A stretch of 62,800 bases of DNA, filler included, from Chiloscyllium plagiosum (taxonomy: Eukaryota), in the NCBI RefSeq assembly GCF_004010195.1. It is 3 parts of one record of this genome, joined end to end, with 100 filler letters (N's around TTAATTAATTAA, not from the genome) between each part and the next. Parts side by side here need not be neighbours in the genome. Positions count along the whole stretch, not along the records: positions 20,376 to 42,266 come from NC_057711.1; positions 42,367 to 62,800 come from NC_057711.1; 1 more part is not named here. The stretch is one strand, 5' to 3'. Below are positions 39,690 through 52,474 of this stretch, in pieces (the stretch's first letter is position 1; each line of letters starts with the position of its first letter). The notes beneath the pieces are model-generated. The model saw nothing but the letters and a program-made list of their open reading frames with translations. It had not been told where the DNA came from and did not search any database. Made by a program: the position numbers and the translations under genes.

Positions 39690-40130
39690 CTGAAGCAGTC
39701 CATGTCAAATGCAACAAGACCTGGATAAATGGTAAGTAACACTCATGGCACAAAAGTGCCAGGCAATGACTGTTTCTCACAAGAGCAAATCTAATCACTG
39801 TCCCTTGACATTCAATGGTATTACCATCACTGAATCTCCTACAATCAACATCCTGGGGGCTACCATTGACCAGAAACTGGACTATACTAGCCACATAAGT
39901 ATAGAGGCTACAAGAGCAGGCCAAATGCTAAGAGTCTTGTAGCAATTAACTCACCTCCTGACTCCCCAAATCCTACCCACCATCTACAAAGCACGAGTCA
40001 GGACTGTGATGGAATACTCCCCACTTGCCAGGATGAGTACAGCTCCTACAAACTCAAAGTGGTCCACTTGATTGACACCACATCCACAAGCATTCATTCC
40101 CTCCACAACCGACATTCAGTAGCAGCATAC
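39690..40130 (+). mobile_element. LINE RT C-terminal fragment, distinct CR1/Jockey-group family
   Basis: ORF 39745-39942 KCQAMTVS...INILGATIDQKLDYTSHI...RAGQML, then IYKARVRTVMEYS. Confidence 0.75.
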
Positions 40131-41208
40131 ACACAAATCATTACCTTATTGAATGTTGAAGAGTGTTCGAGAGATTGAATGGTCTACTTCTGCTCCTATT
40201 TTGGACGTTGATATGGATTTATGTAAGTACACTAAGGTTCTAAAGTCAGGTTGTTTAATTTTGAAGCAATTCTTTATCTTAAAATCTGTATTTTCCATGC
40301 TGTCCAATTCTGAGTCTGTTTTGGTCTTCTCTGTGACTAAGTCTGCCTGGCAGTGAAACTTCAGATGCCATATCTTTCTGAGCTTTCTAAACAACTGCTT
40401 GCTCCATGATCTCTAGTCAGCTCAGTGCCTTGAACCTGGAACTGGGTCCGTTCATACAGACCATTGTCCTGCAAAGCCGTATGAATGCCTCTACTTTAGA
40501 TCTTGTTGGTGTCTGTAGCTGTACCCCCTCTATGGGCCTCCTCTGGTGTTCTACAGCTTTCTGGCACCTGGCATCTTTGGACCCAAATCGAAACAGGGTT
40601 TGGATTTTCTTCTTTCCAAATTCATATAGCTGCCTCCACCACTATCACTATGTTGGGGCCTTTCTTCCTCTTTTTAGTGGTCTGTAGTGGAAGTGAGTCA
40701 TCTACCTCGTTGATCTACCTTGTAGAGATCTTGAAATAACAGGTAAAATTAACAATAAAATATTCATTGCATTACTGCACTAAATAGAGACTAAATAAGA
40801 ACTTACATATCTCTTCCACTGTCTTTATTTTCTGTCTCTCATGCTAATAATAAAATATGGACTATCAATTTTTGATTTCCTTCATTTGATCTTAATCCCT
40901 GGGATTTACATGGGCTGAAATGGCTTCAAAATACTAAAAAGTAAAAGCACTAGGTTAAAAATGGCAGCAGCAACCACCTGATCATAAAATCAGCCAAGCT
41001 TCATGAAATCTTTTTTTAATCAAAGACGACTGAGATTAGTCAATGTGAAGAAACCTATGTCTCCTGTATCAGATCCAATACACATATTAGTATAGAGAGG
41101 AGGATGGTCATATGATGAACATTTTAAATTGTTGAGGCAATCAGGAACCAACATCATTGAATCATAGACTCCCTACAGTGTAGAAAGAGTCCATTTGGCC
41201 TATTGGGC

Positions 41209-41335
41209 TGAAATAACTCCTCAGAGCCCAGTATCTTGTCACCAGGTCACGTTTCATTTACACATGGAGAGTCCCTGACATTGGTCCAGCTCTCTTAGAG
41301 CCAGCTCTCAGAGTGTCAGAATGTCTGGCACTCCT
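41209..41335 (-). mobile_element. LTR-like repeat 3' fragment (second short copy at 41931-41979)
   Basis: Reverse complement of 50641-50808. Confidence 0.65.
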
Positions 41336-41738
41336 ATTTTTTCTTTTTTTTGTTTTTTTTTCTTCTTTTTGTTCTTTTTTTAACCCCCACACTACCACCT
41401 AACTGCGGTAGTGCTTATTCTTTCCCCAGCACCCACGTTGTGTGTGTGCAGGTGTGGGACACAGTGACAGACACAAGGTGCGCAAATCTTTATTCAAATT
41501 TCCACAACCAGGAAGAAAGGAAACACTCGAGTGGCCAGTGACAAGCAGTGCCCTCCTCATCAAAGGGCAATGCTGTGTGATCAAACAGTGAAGGGGAGGG
41601 CAGGGATTAAATCAAAATAGAGTTGGAGGGGGAAATAATGCACTCCACTCTCTGTGGCGCCCACCTCTCCCTGAACAACTCCAGGGTGTTGGTGGAGACT
41701 GCGTGCTCCTTCTCCAAGGACACCCGGGCTCTAATGTA
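41336..41738 (-). mobile_element. L1-clade (Tx1-like) LINE 3' end
   Basis: Minus strand encodes YIRARVSLEKEHAVSTNTLELFRERWAPQRVECIISPSNSILI*, then a 3' UTR with AATAAA and A-rich tail; GGCACTCCT duplicated at 41327-41335 and 41739-41747. Confidence 0.75.
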
Positions 41739-41979
41739 GGCACTCCTCTTTGTTTTTTCTTTTTTTTTTGATTTTGTTCAGATCTGCAGTCATTCAACTG
41801 TGTACTTAGTGCTGACTGCATGTTACAATGATGGTAATGAATAGACTGTGTAAAGTTAGCGCTGTAGTATTGGAAATAATAAGCAAAGGTTAAATGTCCA
41901 ACCCAATTTTGTGCTTATTGAATTTTGCAACTGAAATAACTCCACAGAGGCTGATATCCAGTCACCAAGTCAGCCTTAA

Positions 41980-42266
41980 TTTTTTTTTTTTTTTTTTGCT
42001 TATTTTTTCCCCAGCACCCATGTTGTGTGGGTGCAGGTGTGAGACACAGTGAGAGACACAAGGTACACGAATCTTTATTTAATTTCCACCACCAGAAAGA
42101 TAGGAAAACACACGAGTAGCCAGTGACAAGCAGTGCCCTTCACAAAAGGGTAATGCTGTGTGATCAAACAGTGAAGGGGAGGGCAAGGATTAAATCAAAA
42201 TAGAGTTGGAGGGGGAAATAATGCACTCCACTCCCTGCGGCACCCACCTCTCCCTGAACAACTCCA
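41980..42266 (-). mobile_element. Second Tx1-like 3' end, cut by a gap
   Basis: T-run (polyA on minus strand) plus sequence homologous but not identical to 41420-41682. Confidence 0.75.
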
Positions 42267-42366
42267 NNNNNNNNNNNNNNNNNNNNNNNNNNNNNNNNNN
42301 NNNNNNNNNNTTAATTAATTAANNNNNNNNNNNNNNNNNNNNNNNNNNNNNNNNNNNNNNNNNNNN

Positions 42367-42712
42367 TCTGGAGGCAGGAAGCATGTTTCCGCTGATGGGT
42401 GAGTCCTGAACCAGAGGACACAGTTTAAAAATAAGGATAGGCCACTTAGAACAGAGCTGAGGAGAAACTTCGTCACTCAGAGAGTGGTGGGTGTATGGAA
42501 TGCTCTGACCCAGAAGGCTGTGGAGGACAAGTCTCTGGATACTTTCAAGAAAGAGTTGGATAGAGCTCTTAAGGATAGTGGAATCAAGGGTTATGGGGAT
42601 AAGACAGGAACAGGATACTGATGAGGATGAAATGCCATGATCATAATGAATGGTGGTGCTGGCTTGAAGGGCAGAATGGCCTACTCCTGCACCTATTGTC
42701 TATTGTCTATAT
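42367..42712 (+). mobile_element. CR1-type 3' end (same subfamily as 1-452)
   Basis: Collinear with 113-452; ctattgtctattgtcta tail. Confidence 0.9.
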
Positions 42713-43058
42713 TTACTACAAGATGACAAAAATGGAAAACTAAGATTCTCAATGATGAGAAAAAAAATTCCTATTTTCCCATTAAAGTTTCAACGGTTAG
42801 AGGAAAATCCAGCTAGTGAGCAGCAAGAAGCCTATTCCAACACATTTGCATCACACTATTTGCTCCTCAACCCTTATTTACATGCAGGCTGTGATTTTCC
42901 CAGTCAGCGATGAGAAATTCGATTGCGCCAATCCCCAGTTTGAGAGTCTGAGCAGTTACCTGGTGGATGACACTTGCTGGTTTCTTCTGCAGATCTCCAT
43001 ATTTACCTTAGTTCTAGTTAAATGAAGGTGGACCGTGCCGTTGATTATTACAAATTAA

Positions 43059-43466
43059 GCAAAAGTGAGGACTGCAGATGCTGGAAACCAGAGTTTAGAT
43101 CAGAGTGGTGCTGGAAAAGCACAGCAGGTCAGGCAGCATCCGAGGAGCAGGAAAATCGACATTTCGGGCAAAAGCCCATAATCAGGAATGGAGGCAGGGT
43201 GCCTCCATTAGGTGAATGGGCATGGGGATGGAGGTGATAGGTCAGGGAAGATGATGGAGCAGATAGGTGGGAAGGAAGATAGGCAGGTAGGACAGGTCAT
43301 GAGGAAAGTGCTGAGCTGGAAGTTTGGAACTGGGGTAAGGTGGGGGGAGGGGAAGTGAGGAAACTGGTGAAGTCCACATTGATGAAGTGTTCCGAGGCGG
43401 AAGATGAGGCATTCCTGGATGCTGCCTGACCTGCTGTGCATTTCCATCACCCTCTAATCTAAACTC
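43059..43466 (-). mobile_element. Short PLE insertion with inverted terminal segment and 14-bp TSD
   Basis: TTATTACAAATTAA at 43045-43058 and 43467-43480; about 43417-43466 inverts about 43090-43141; hammerhead motif at 43155-43186. Confidence 0.88.
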
Positions 43467-43669
43467 TTATTACAAATTAATCCTAGTAATCTCTGTCAAG
43501 CGGAAGTGATTACAGGTGAACTTAAAATATCATTTGTGGTCGCCAGTTCTCAAACACACTCCAAAGGTCCTATGCTGCACAATTGCTTGGTGCAATTTCT
43601 CTCTGTCAGTAAAACTATGTATAAGTGTCAATTACTTGGGAACATAGGTTTAAGTTAGGTGTGGGAAGT

Positions 43670-44105
43670 CAGAAGGTGGTTAATCTGTGGAACTCATTGC
43701 TGCAGATGGCTATGAAAGACAAGTGTATTTAAAATGAAGATAGATAGGTTGTTGATTAGTCAGGGGATCAAGGAGAAGGCAGAAGAATGGGGTTGAGAAA
43801 CCTATCAGCAATGACCAAATGACAGAGCAAACTTGATGGGCCGAATGGCATAACTCTAATCCTTTATTTTATGGTCTATGGAAAGTTAAAAAGAGATGTA
43901 AGAAGCATTGTTTTTACAGAGTTAGTAAAAGCAGATACAATAGCAACATTTTAAAGGTATCCTGACAGATAAATGAATAGGCAGGGAATATAGGGTTATG
44001 GACTATGTGGAAGCAAAAGGATTTTAGTTTAGAATGGTGTCATGTGTCAGAGCAAGCTTAGTGGACTAAAGAGACTGTTCCTGTGTTACACTGTATTTCT
44101 TCTTT
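43670..44105 (+). mobile_element. Two adjacent CR1-type 3' end fragments
   Basis: gtcagaaggtggttaatctgtggaactcattgc...gatgggccgaatggc; second copy ends ctgttcctgtgttacactgtatttc. Confidence 0.65.
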
Positions 44106-44324
44106 GTAAGTATGTGAGAACATATTCATGCTGTCTTTGAGGTGGGTACAAAGAAGGAGCACTTCTGTCACAGTTAGAATATCTCAATGTATTGCACAAT
44201 AAGCCTTGTGTTGCATACATCTGCATATGGTACAATATCTCAGAGGTCCATGTAGAGGCATTTCACTGCTCTCCTTCTGGCACGCCGCCATGTCCTGGTT
44301 TTGTAGCCTATGGTAAAGTCTCAT

Positions 44325-44415
44325 TCCTGTCTGCTCTGATAAAGAGTCGTCTAGACTCAAAACATTAGCTTACTCTCTCACCACGGATGCTGCCTGACTC
44401 GCTGTGATTCCCAAC
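44325..44415 (+). mobile_element. PLE terminal-repeat fragment with degenerate hammerhead
   Basis: CTGATAA A GAGTC gtcta GACTC AAAACATT, then ggatgctgcctgactcgctgtga. Confidence 0.65.
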
Positions 44416-44786
44416 TAAACTTCTTTACAAACTTGTCTTCTTCACAAATTACTCTCCTACTTTTTTTTGTGTCATTGGCACACTTAGCAACCAGGCATTT
44501 GGCTCCCTTTTTCAAAGTCATGGACATAGATTCTAAATAATTTAGACCCCAGAATTGATCCCTGTGACATTCTACTGATTAAATCTTGCCAATATTAAAG
44601 TGACCCACTCATGCCTACTCCCTGCTTTCTATTAACAAACCTCTCTTCTGGATAATATGTTATACCCTACACCAAGTGCTCTTTGTCATGTTTGATGTGG
44701 CAACTTGTTAAATGCCTCCTGGAAATCAAAGTATACCACATCTACAGCTCTCATATTATCCATGGATTGGTTGATACTTCGAAGAA

Positions 44787-45427
44787 TTGGAACCACAGGT
44801 AGATAGGATAGTGAATAAGGAATTTGGTATGCTTGCCTTTATTGGTCAGTGCATTGAGTATAGGAGTTGGGAGGTCATGTTCTGGCTGTATAGGACATTG
44901 GTTAGGCCACTATTAGACTACCATGTGCAACACTGGTCCCCCTGCTATAGGAAGGATATTGTGAAACTTGAAATGGTTCAGAAAAGATTTACAAAGGTTG
45001 TGCGATTTGAACTATTGGGAGAGTCTGAATAGACTGAAGCTAATTTCCCTGGAGTGTTGGAGGTTGAGGGGTGACCTTATAGAGGTTTATAAAATCATGA
45101 GGGGCATGGATAATGTCTTTTCCCTGGGGTGAGGTAGTCCAAAACTAGAGGGCATAGTTTTAGGGTAAGAGGAAAAAGATTTAACAGGAACCTAAGGGGA
45201 AACCTTTTCAAACAGAGGGTTGTATGTGTATGGATTGAGCTGCCAAAGGAAGTGGTGGATGCTGTTACAATTACAACATTTAAAAGTCATCTGGCCAGGT
45301 ATATGAATAGGAAGGGTCAAATGCTGGCAAATGGAACGAGAATAAATTAGGATATCTGATCGGCATGGACGAGTTGGACTGTAGGGTCTATTTCCAAGCT
45401 ATATATCTCTATGGCTCCATGACTCTA
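44787..45427 (+). mobile_element. CR1 3' end
   Basis: ORF 44787-45032 LYRTLVRPLLDYHVQHWSP; tail ctctatggctccatgactcta. Confidence 0.9.
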
Positions 45428-45798
45428 GTTCTAATAATAATAAAATATGATTTTCTTGTTGAACAATCATACAGACTCTGTCTAATTTCACTGTGATTTT
45501 CAAAATATCCTGTTGTGACATCTTTAATAATAAATGTCAGCATGTTCTATATGACAGATGTTAATAGTTGGAAACAGTTCAATGAGGGTCTCCTAGTCTA
45601 ATTCTTGGAATAAGTGATTATTTTATGAGGAAAGTCTAGAAAGGCGATACCTGTATCCTCTGACATTTGGATAAGTCAAAAGTGACTTCATTGAAACATA
45701 AGATCCTGTCAGAACATGACTGGGTGGGTGTGGAATGTATGTTTTCATTTGTGGGAGAATCTAGAACCAAGATAATAGTTTAAAAATAAAGGATCACT

Positions 45799-47835
45799 CA
45801 TAGAGTCATAAAGATGTACAGCACTGAAACAGACCCTTCGGTCCAACTCGTCCATGCTGACCAGCTATCCCAACACAATCTAGTACCACTTGCCAGCACT
45901 TGGACCATATCCCTCCAAACCCTTCCTATTCATATACCGATCCAAATTCCTTTTAAATGTTGCAATTGTACAAGCCTCCACCACGTCCTCTGGCAACTCA
46001 TTCCATACACGTACCACCCTCTGAGTGAAAAAGTTGCCCCTTAGGTCTCTTTTATGTCTTTCCCCTCTCACCCTAAACCTATACCCTCTAGTTCTGGTCT
46101 CCCGCACCTCAGGGAAAAGGCTTTGTCTATTTATCTTATCCATGCCCCTCATGATTTTATAAATCTCTATGAGGTCATCCCTCAGCCTCCGACGCTCCAG
46201 GGAAAACAGCTCTAGCCTATTCAACCTCTCCCTATAGTTCAAATCCTTCAACCCTGGCAACATCCTTGTAAATCTTTTCTGAACCCTTTCAAGTTTCACA
46301 ACATCTTTCTGATAGGAAGGAGAATTGCATGCAAATTCCAACAGTGGCCTAACCAATGCCCTGTACAGCCGCAACATGACCTCCCAACTCCTGTACTCAA
46401 TACTCTGACCAATAAAGGAAAGCATACCAAATGCCTTCTTCACTATCCTCTCTATCTGCGACTCCACTTTCAAGGAGCTATGAACCTGCACTCTGAGATC
46501 TCTTTGTTCAGCAACACTACCTAGGACCTTACCATTAAGTGTATAAGTACTGCTAAGATTTGCTTTCCCAAAATGCAGCACCTCACATTTATCTGAATTA
46601 AACTCCATCTGCCACTTCTCAGCCCATTGGCCCATCTGGTCAAGATCCCGCTATAATCTGAAGTAACCTTTTTTGCTGTCCACTACACCTCCAATTTTGG
46701 TGTCATCTGCAAACTTACTATCTATATCTCAAATGCTCACTTGCAAATCATTTATATAAATGACATAAAGTAGTGGACCCAGCACCAATCCTTGTGGCAT
46801 TCCACTGGTTACAGGCCTCCAGTCTGAAAAACAACTTTCCACCACTCTCTGTCTTCTATCTTTGAGCCAGTTCTGTATCCAAATGGCTAGTTCTCTCTGT
46901 ATCCCATGAGATCTAACCTTGCTAATCAGTCTCCCATGGGGAACCCTGTTGAATGCCTTATTGAAGTCCATTTAGATCACATCTACCAATCTGCCCTCAT
47001 CAATCCTCATTGTTACTTCTTCAAAAAACTCAATCAAGCTTGTGAGACATGATTTCCCATGCATAAATCCATGTTGACTATCCCTAATCAGTCCTTGCCT
47101 TTCCAAATTCATGTACATCCTGTTCCTCAGGATTCCCTCCAACAATGTGCCCACCACCAGTCAGGCTCACTGGTCTATAGTTCCCTGGCTTGTCCTTACC
47201 ACCTTTCTTAAATAGTAGCACCATATTAGCCAACCTCCAGTCTTCCAGCACCTCACCTGTGACTACCAATGATACAAATATCTCAGTTAGAGGCCCAGCA
47301 ATCACTTCCCTGACTTCCCACAGAGCTCTAGGGTACACCTGATCAGGTCCTTTTATGCATTTCAAGACATCCAGCACTTCCTCCTCTGTAATATGAACAT
47401 TTTTTAAGACGTCACCATCTAATTCCCTACAGTCTATATCTTCCATGTCCTTTTCTGCAATAAATACTGATGCAAAATACTCATTTAATATCTCCCCATT
47501 TTCTGTAGCTCCACACAAAGACTGCCTTGCTGATCTTTGAGGGCTTAAAAATGTTTTGCTGGAAAAGCGCAGCAGGTCAGGCAGCATCAAAGGAGAAGGA
47601 GAATCGATGTTTCGGGCATAAGCCCTTCTTCAGATCTTTGAGGGGCCCTATTCTCTCCCTAGTTACCCTTCTGTCCTTAATATATTTGTAAAATCCCTTT
47701 GGAATCTCCTTAACTCTGTTTACCAAAGCTACCTCATGTCCCCTTTTTGCCCTCCTGACTTCTCTGTTAAGTATACTCCTACTGCCTTTATGCTCTTCTA
47801 AGGATTCATTCGATTTATCCTGTCTATACCTGACA
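45799..47835 (-). mobile_element. CR1 LINE nested in an older plus-strand CR1 fragment (about 45570-48075)
   Basis: ORFs 45880-46635, 46729-46971, 46972-47157 and 47084-47590 with [30 protein letters not shown]. Confidence 0.95.
47544..47632 (-). mobile_element. 89-bp hammerhead-bearing PLE mini-insertion with 12-bp TSD
   Basis: GATCTTTGAGGG at 47532-47543 and 47633-47644; removing insert plus one repeat restores the CR1 sequence (compare 21550-21575). Confidence 0.9.
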
Positions 47836-50060
47836 AGGAGGAATCATTTTTCATTTCTCTCTGAGGGTTGCGATTCTTTGGAATTCCCTTCCTGAGAACA
47901 CATTGAATACAGAATCTTTAAATTTTTTTAAGGCAGAGATAGATGGACCGTTGATTACCAAGGGGATGAAAAATTATTGGAGATGTGCAGGAATGTAGAG
48001 ATAGGTTAAAATCAGAAAAGTCATGATCTTATTGAATGGCAGAAAAGTTGAGTGGCCTGCTCTTGTATGATCATATATTGGTACACTGGAGATTCATGGA
48101 GACGGAGAGGATGCTGCCATGTTGAGGTGCCTCACAGGACTTGGAAGAATATCTTTGAGGCACTGAGATTGGTTTGGCAGCCCCCAGTGAGCAGAAGAGT
48201 GAACCCTTCAGAGGTGATGTTAGAGATATGAGGAGAGGTCATTGTGCTAGTGGACCTGTTCATGGACCATGCTGTGTTCAAAAAGGAGAACCGCTTTCCC
48301 TTGAAAAGCTGCTTGATGGCTGAAGGAGCTTGTCCCAGTGGTAGAAGGTTTTCAGAGGGAGCAGAAAGTGGCTGCTAATTGGTCACTTGACTGGAGTAAT
48401 TGACAGTCTAGCTCCAAATGGTTGGCAGATGTGCTGTAGCCATTGCTACTTCGAGAAATATTCCCAGTGGAAAGACATTGGCTATCTCTTCTGATACCTT
48501 CTACCACATTTGATGTCATTTTCCACCTCTCAATTAATCTCCAGGAAAGTAGTAAAATTTTGGCCTTGGAGTATTGGCTGTATTTGGGCACCCCTTACCT
48601 ATAGAAAGATATACTTACTATCATATTCTAGTCAATAGTTTGCTCCCACTGATCCTCATTTCTCTAGGTTGAATCTAGGGCCTTTCTAATTATCTGTAGA
48701 AAAGGATAGATCATAGAGTCATAGAGATGTACAGCATGGAAACAGACCCTTCGGTCCAACCCGTCCATGCCGACCAGATATCGAAGCCCTTATCTTACAT
48801 AACAAGGTAGTTTATTGCATGAAAGCAAGAGGTACAGTTCACACTAAGTTGCTAAGCATAAATACTTAGGATTAGCAAGAGCAGAACGCATTACTTTTTT
48901 GCAAGAGCCCATGTAGACCTCAACTGTCTCCATCCAATGACTGTGCAACATTGTTAGATTGGGTAGAGGTTAATTCAAAATCAATATTAACTCTTACAGA
49001 ACCATTATATTTTACAACAATTGCCATGGAGGGAGTACAACGAAGGTTCACTAAACTCATTCCTAAAACAGACAGATTTTCCTGTGAGGATTAAATAGAA
49101 TTAGTCTTTATTCCCTGCAGTTTAGAAGTTTGAGAGATCATCTCAATCAAACATAGCAATATTCTTACAGGGACAGACAGAGTAAATGCAGTAAGCATGG
49201 TTCCCTTGTCCAAGAGGATGGTCTAGAACCAATCTCAAAGTAAAGGGAAAATCACTTAGGACTGAAATGAAGAGACACCCCTTTGCTCAGAGGGTAATGT
49301 ACCATTAGAACTACCTGCTCTAGAGAGCTGTAGGTGCTCAGTTGATGAGTTCGTAGAGGTTAGCTCATTCAGTATATTGAAGGTTCTGATATGGGGTTGA
49401 AATAGGGTTTCTGTGCCAAACAGTAACTATGGCATTAAAATGATTCTTGGATATTAAGCTTACAAAGTGACAAAATAGCTAAGCAACATTGTTACAAACG
49501 TGTGAGGCATACAATTTGTAGCAGTAAACAGTATCACAGAGACAATATCACAAGCAAACAATATTCTGGGGACATCTTGTTGAATGACTAGTTCTTAGCA
49601 CCCACTTTAATCCTGCAAGTCTGTTCTGGACAGTCAGTGATGATGTTACTTCTACAACTGAACACATTACCTTACATCAAAATGAAATATTCCTGGCCTA
49701 CAAGTTGATCTATATGCAAAAGATTTTAGCTCCTCCTGTGACAGGAGTGAATTGATGTTGACTGGGGCTATTTGTTATAATGACCTCCTTCATTTTTTAT
49801 TTAGATTTCATTATGGTGGTTATCTGTGTTATGTTGTCCCAAATTCAAATTCTTTTTGAATAGAATCTGTCCTGTTTCAGGTGATACTGTGGTTATAAAA
49901 TAATATATAAACTGTTTATGAATTGTTGAAGAAGTCACTTGACTTATCAGTTGTGATTATCTTCCTACTGGTGTAAAACAAAGATTGCTAGATGTAGTAA
50001 TTGTAACAAAGTCAGTCAGGTGGACTTTGTAGACTATGAGTTCCATGATTGGGGCTGTTA

Positions 50061-50480
50061 ATTACATTACATTACATTACATTACATTACATTACATTAC
50101 ATTACATTACATTACATTACATTACATTACATTACATTACATTACATTACATTACATTACATTACATTACATTACATTACATTACATTACATTACATTAC
50201 ATTACATTACATTACATTACATTACATTACATTACATTACATTACATTACATTACATTACATTACATTACATTACATTACATTACATTACATTACATTAC
50301 ATTACATTACATTACATTACATTACATTACATTACATTACATTACATTACATTACATTACATTACATTACATTACATTACATTACATTACATTACATTAC
50401 ATTACATTACATTACATTACATTACATTACATTACATTACATTACATTACATTACATTACATTACATTACATTACATTAC
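50061..50480. repeat. Perfect microsatellite (ATTAC)84
   Basis: 420 bp uninterrupted; abuts the 3' end of a minus-strand HE1 SINE. Confidence 0.98.
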
Positions 50481-50640
50481 AGTGTGGAAACAGGCCCTTC
50501 GGCCCTACAAGTCCACACCGACCCGCCGAAGCGCAACCCACCCATACCCCTATATTTACACATTACCTAACACTACGGGCAATTTAGCATGGCCACTTCA
50601 CCTGACCCGCACATCTTTGGACTGTGGGAGGAAACCGGAG
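50481..50640 (-). mobile_element. HE1/V-SINE 3' half
   Basis: gtgtggaaacaggcccttcggccc...gggcaatttagcatggcc...ggactgtgggaggaaaccggagca. Confidence 0.9.
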
Positions 50641-50808
50641 CAATCTGGTCTAATCAGGGAGCCCTGGCTGACCGGTAAAAACAGGAGTGTCGGACATCTT
50701 GTCCACTCAGAGCTGGCTCTGAGAGAGCTGGATCAGTGTCAAGAACTCTTCCTGTGTAAATAAAGGGTGACTTGGTGATGGGATACCGGCCTCTGTGGAG
50801 TTATTTCA
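50641..50808 (+). mobile_element. LTR-like repeat 3' portion
   Basis: AATAAA near 50759 followed about 45 nt later by a ...ttatttCA end; three copies in the window share this end. Confidence 0.6.
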
Positions 50809-51449
50809 CTAGACATTTGAATGAAAGATTCTAAGTTGAATATTGATTTAAAGTACTCCACGCAGAGTAAAGGCAGGTAAGTAGAGTTGAGGAAATCAAA
50901 TTGCCATGATTTCATTGTATGGCAGAGCAGACTGAATGAGTTAAATTCCTTATTTGTGCTCCTATGTCTTATGGTCTTCTGATCCAATCATTAGTGACAG
51001 GGAAACTATCAGCAACTAAGTAAAAAATGTTCAATTTCTTTTATCAGTAGCCAATGCCTGGACACTTTTGCCTCAAGGCATCTCAGTTTGACAGAACAAA
51101 CCCATAGTGGGTTAAAAAAAAACATTTAACTAGCTTGAAATATTTCCCAGATCAGGCAGCAGCAGTGGGAATAGAAACAGGGTTTCACAGCAGAATGCTT
51201 CCAAGTTCTTTGAGGCAGGTTTTGGGACAAGTGGGGCTTCAATTAATATCAGGTTGGGATTCTGATTGACTGCTGCCGTCTGCTGGCTTTCTCCACTGGA
51301 GTCATGAAATTGAAGTAGGAATCCATTTGATCTCCGAAGCTCCAGTACCTTGTGGGTTTATAAAAGAATTGGATTCTGAATATTCCAAACAGATGTGCTA
51401 CGACTGCTTCCCACCATTTATATAATATAAACCTACTAACTATACCTCC

Positions 51450-52450
51450 TGGATGTGAATGTAGGAAGTATAGTTAGTAGGGTTGCAGATGACACCAAAA
51501 TTGGAGGTGTAGTGGACAGTGAAGAAGGTTACCTCAGAGTACAATGGGATCTTGATCAAATAGACCAATGAGCTGAGGAATGGCAGATTGAGGTTTAATT
51601 TAGATAAATGTGAGGTTCTGCATGTTGGGAAGACAAATCAGGGCAGGACTTATACACTTCATGATAGGCTCCTGGGGACTGTTGCCAAACAAAGACACCT
51701 TGGCGTGCAGGTTCATTATTCCTTGAAGATGGAGTCGCAGGTAGACAGGGTAGTAAAGAAGGCTTGACCTTTTGATCAGTGCATTGAGTATAGGAGTTGG
51801 GATGTCATAGTGCAGGACATTGGTTGGCCACGTTTGGAATACTGCCTTCAATTCTGGTCTCCCTGATATAGGAAGGGTGTTGTGATACTTGAAAGGGTTC
51901 AGAAAAGAGTTACAAGGATGTTGCCAGGACTGGAGGGCTTGAGCTACAACGACAGGATGAATGGACAGGGATTATTTTCCCTGAAACATCGGAGGCTTAG
52001 TGGTGACTTCATAGAAGTTCAGAAAAACATGAGGAGCATTGATAGTGCAAATAGCCAAGGTCTTTTTTTCCAGTCTAAGGGAGTCCAAAAGTAGATAGCA
52101 TAGATTTAAGGTGAGAATGAAAAGTTTTAAAAGGGGCGTAAGGGGCAACTTCTTCCGACAGAGGATGGTGCATAAGTGGAATGAACTTGGACTTCAGATT
52201 AGTATGACAGGGCGGCGGAACATCGAGGGCTGAAGGGCCTGTACTGCGCTGTAATGTTCTATGTTCTTTGTTAAATGGTAGAGGCTGGTACAATTACAAA
52301 AGACATTTGGATGGATACATGAATACAAGAGATTTAGAGGGATATGGGCCAAATGCTGGTAAATGTGACTATATTAATTAAGGATGTTTGGTAGGCATGG
52401 ACAAGTTGGACTAAAGGGTCTGTTTCTGTTCTGAACAACTCTATGACTTA
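51450..52450 (+). mobile_element. CR1 RT C-terminus and 3' end
   Basis: gcagatgacaccaaaattgg (ADDTKI); ORF 51882-52094 LERVQKRVTRMLPGL; tail ctctatgact. Confidence 0.9.
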
Positions 52451-52474
52451 TTATAACCTACTTTTTTTTGTATG

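Noticed and set aside
50036..50587. ORFs with ITLHY repeats
   Set aside because: Translation of the (ATTAC)n microsatellite.
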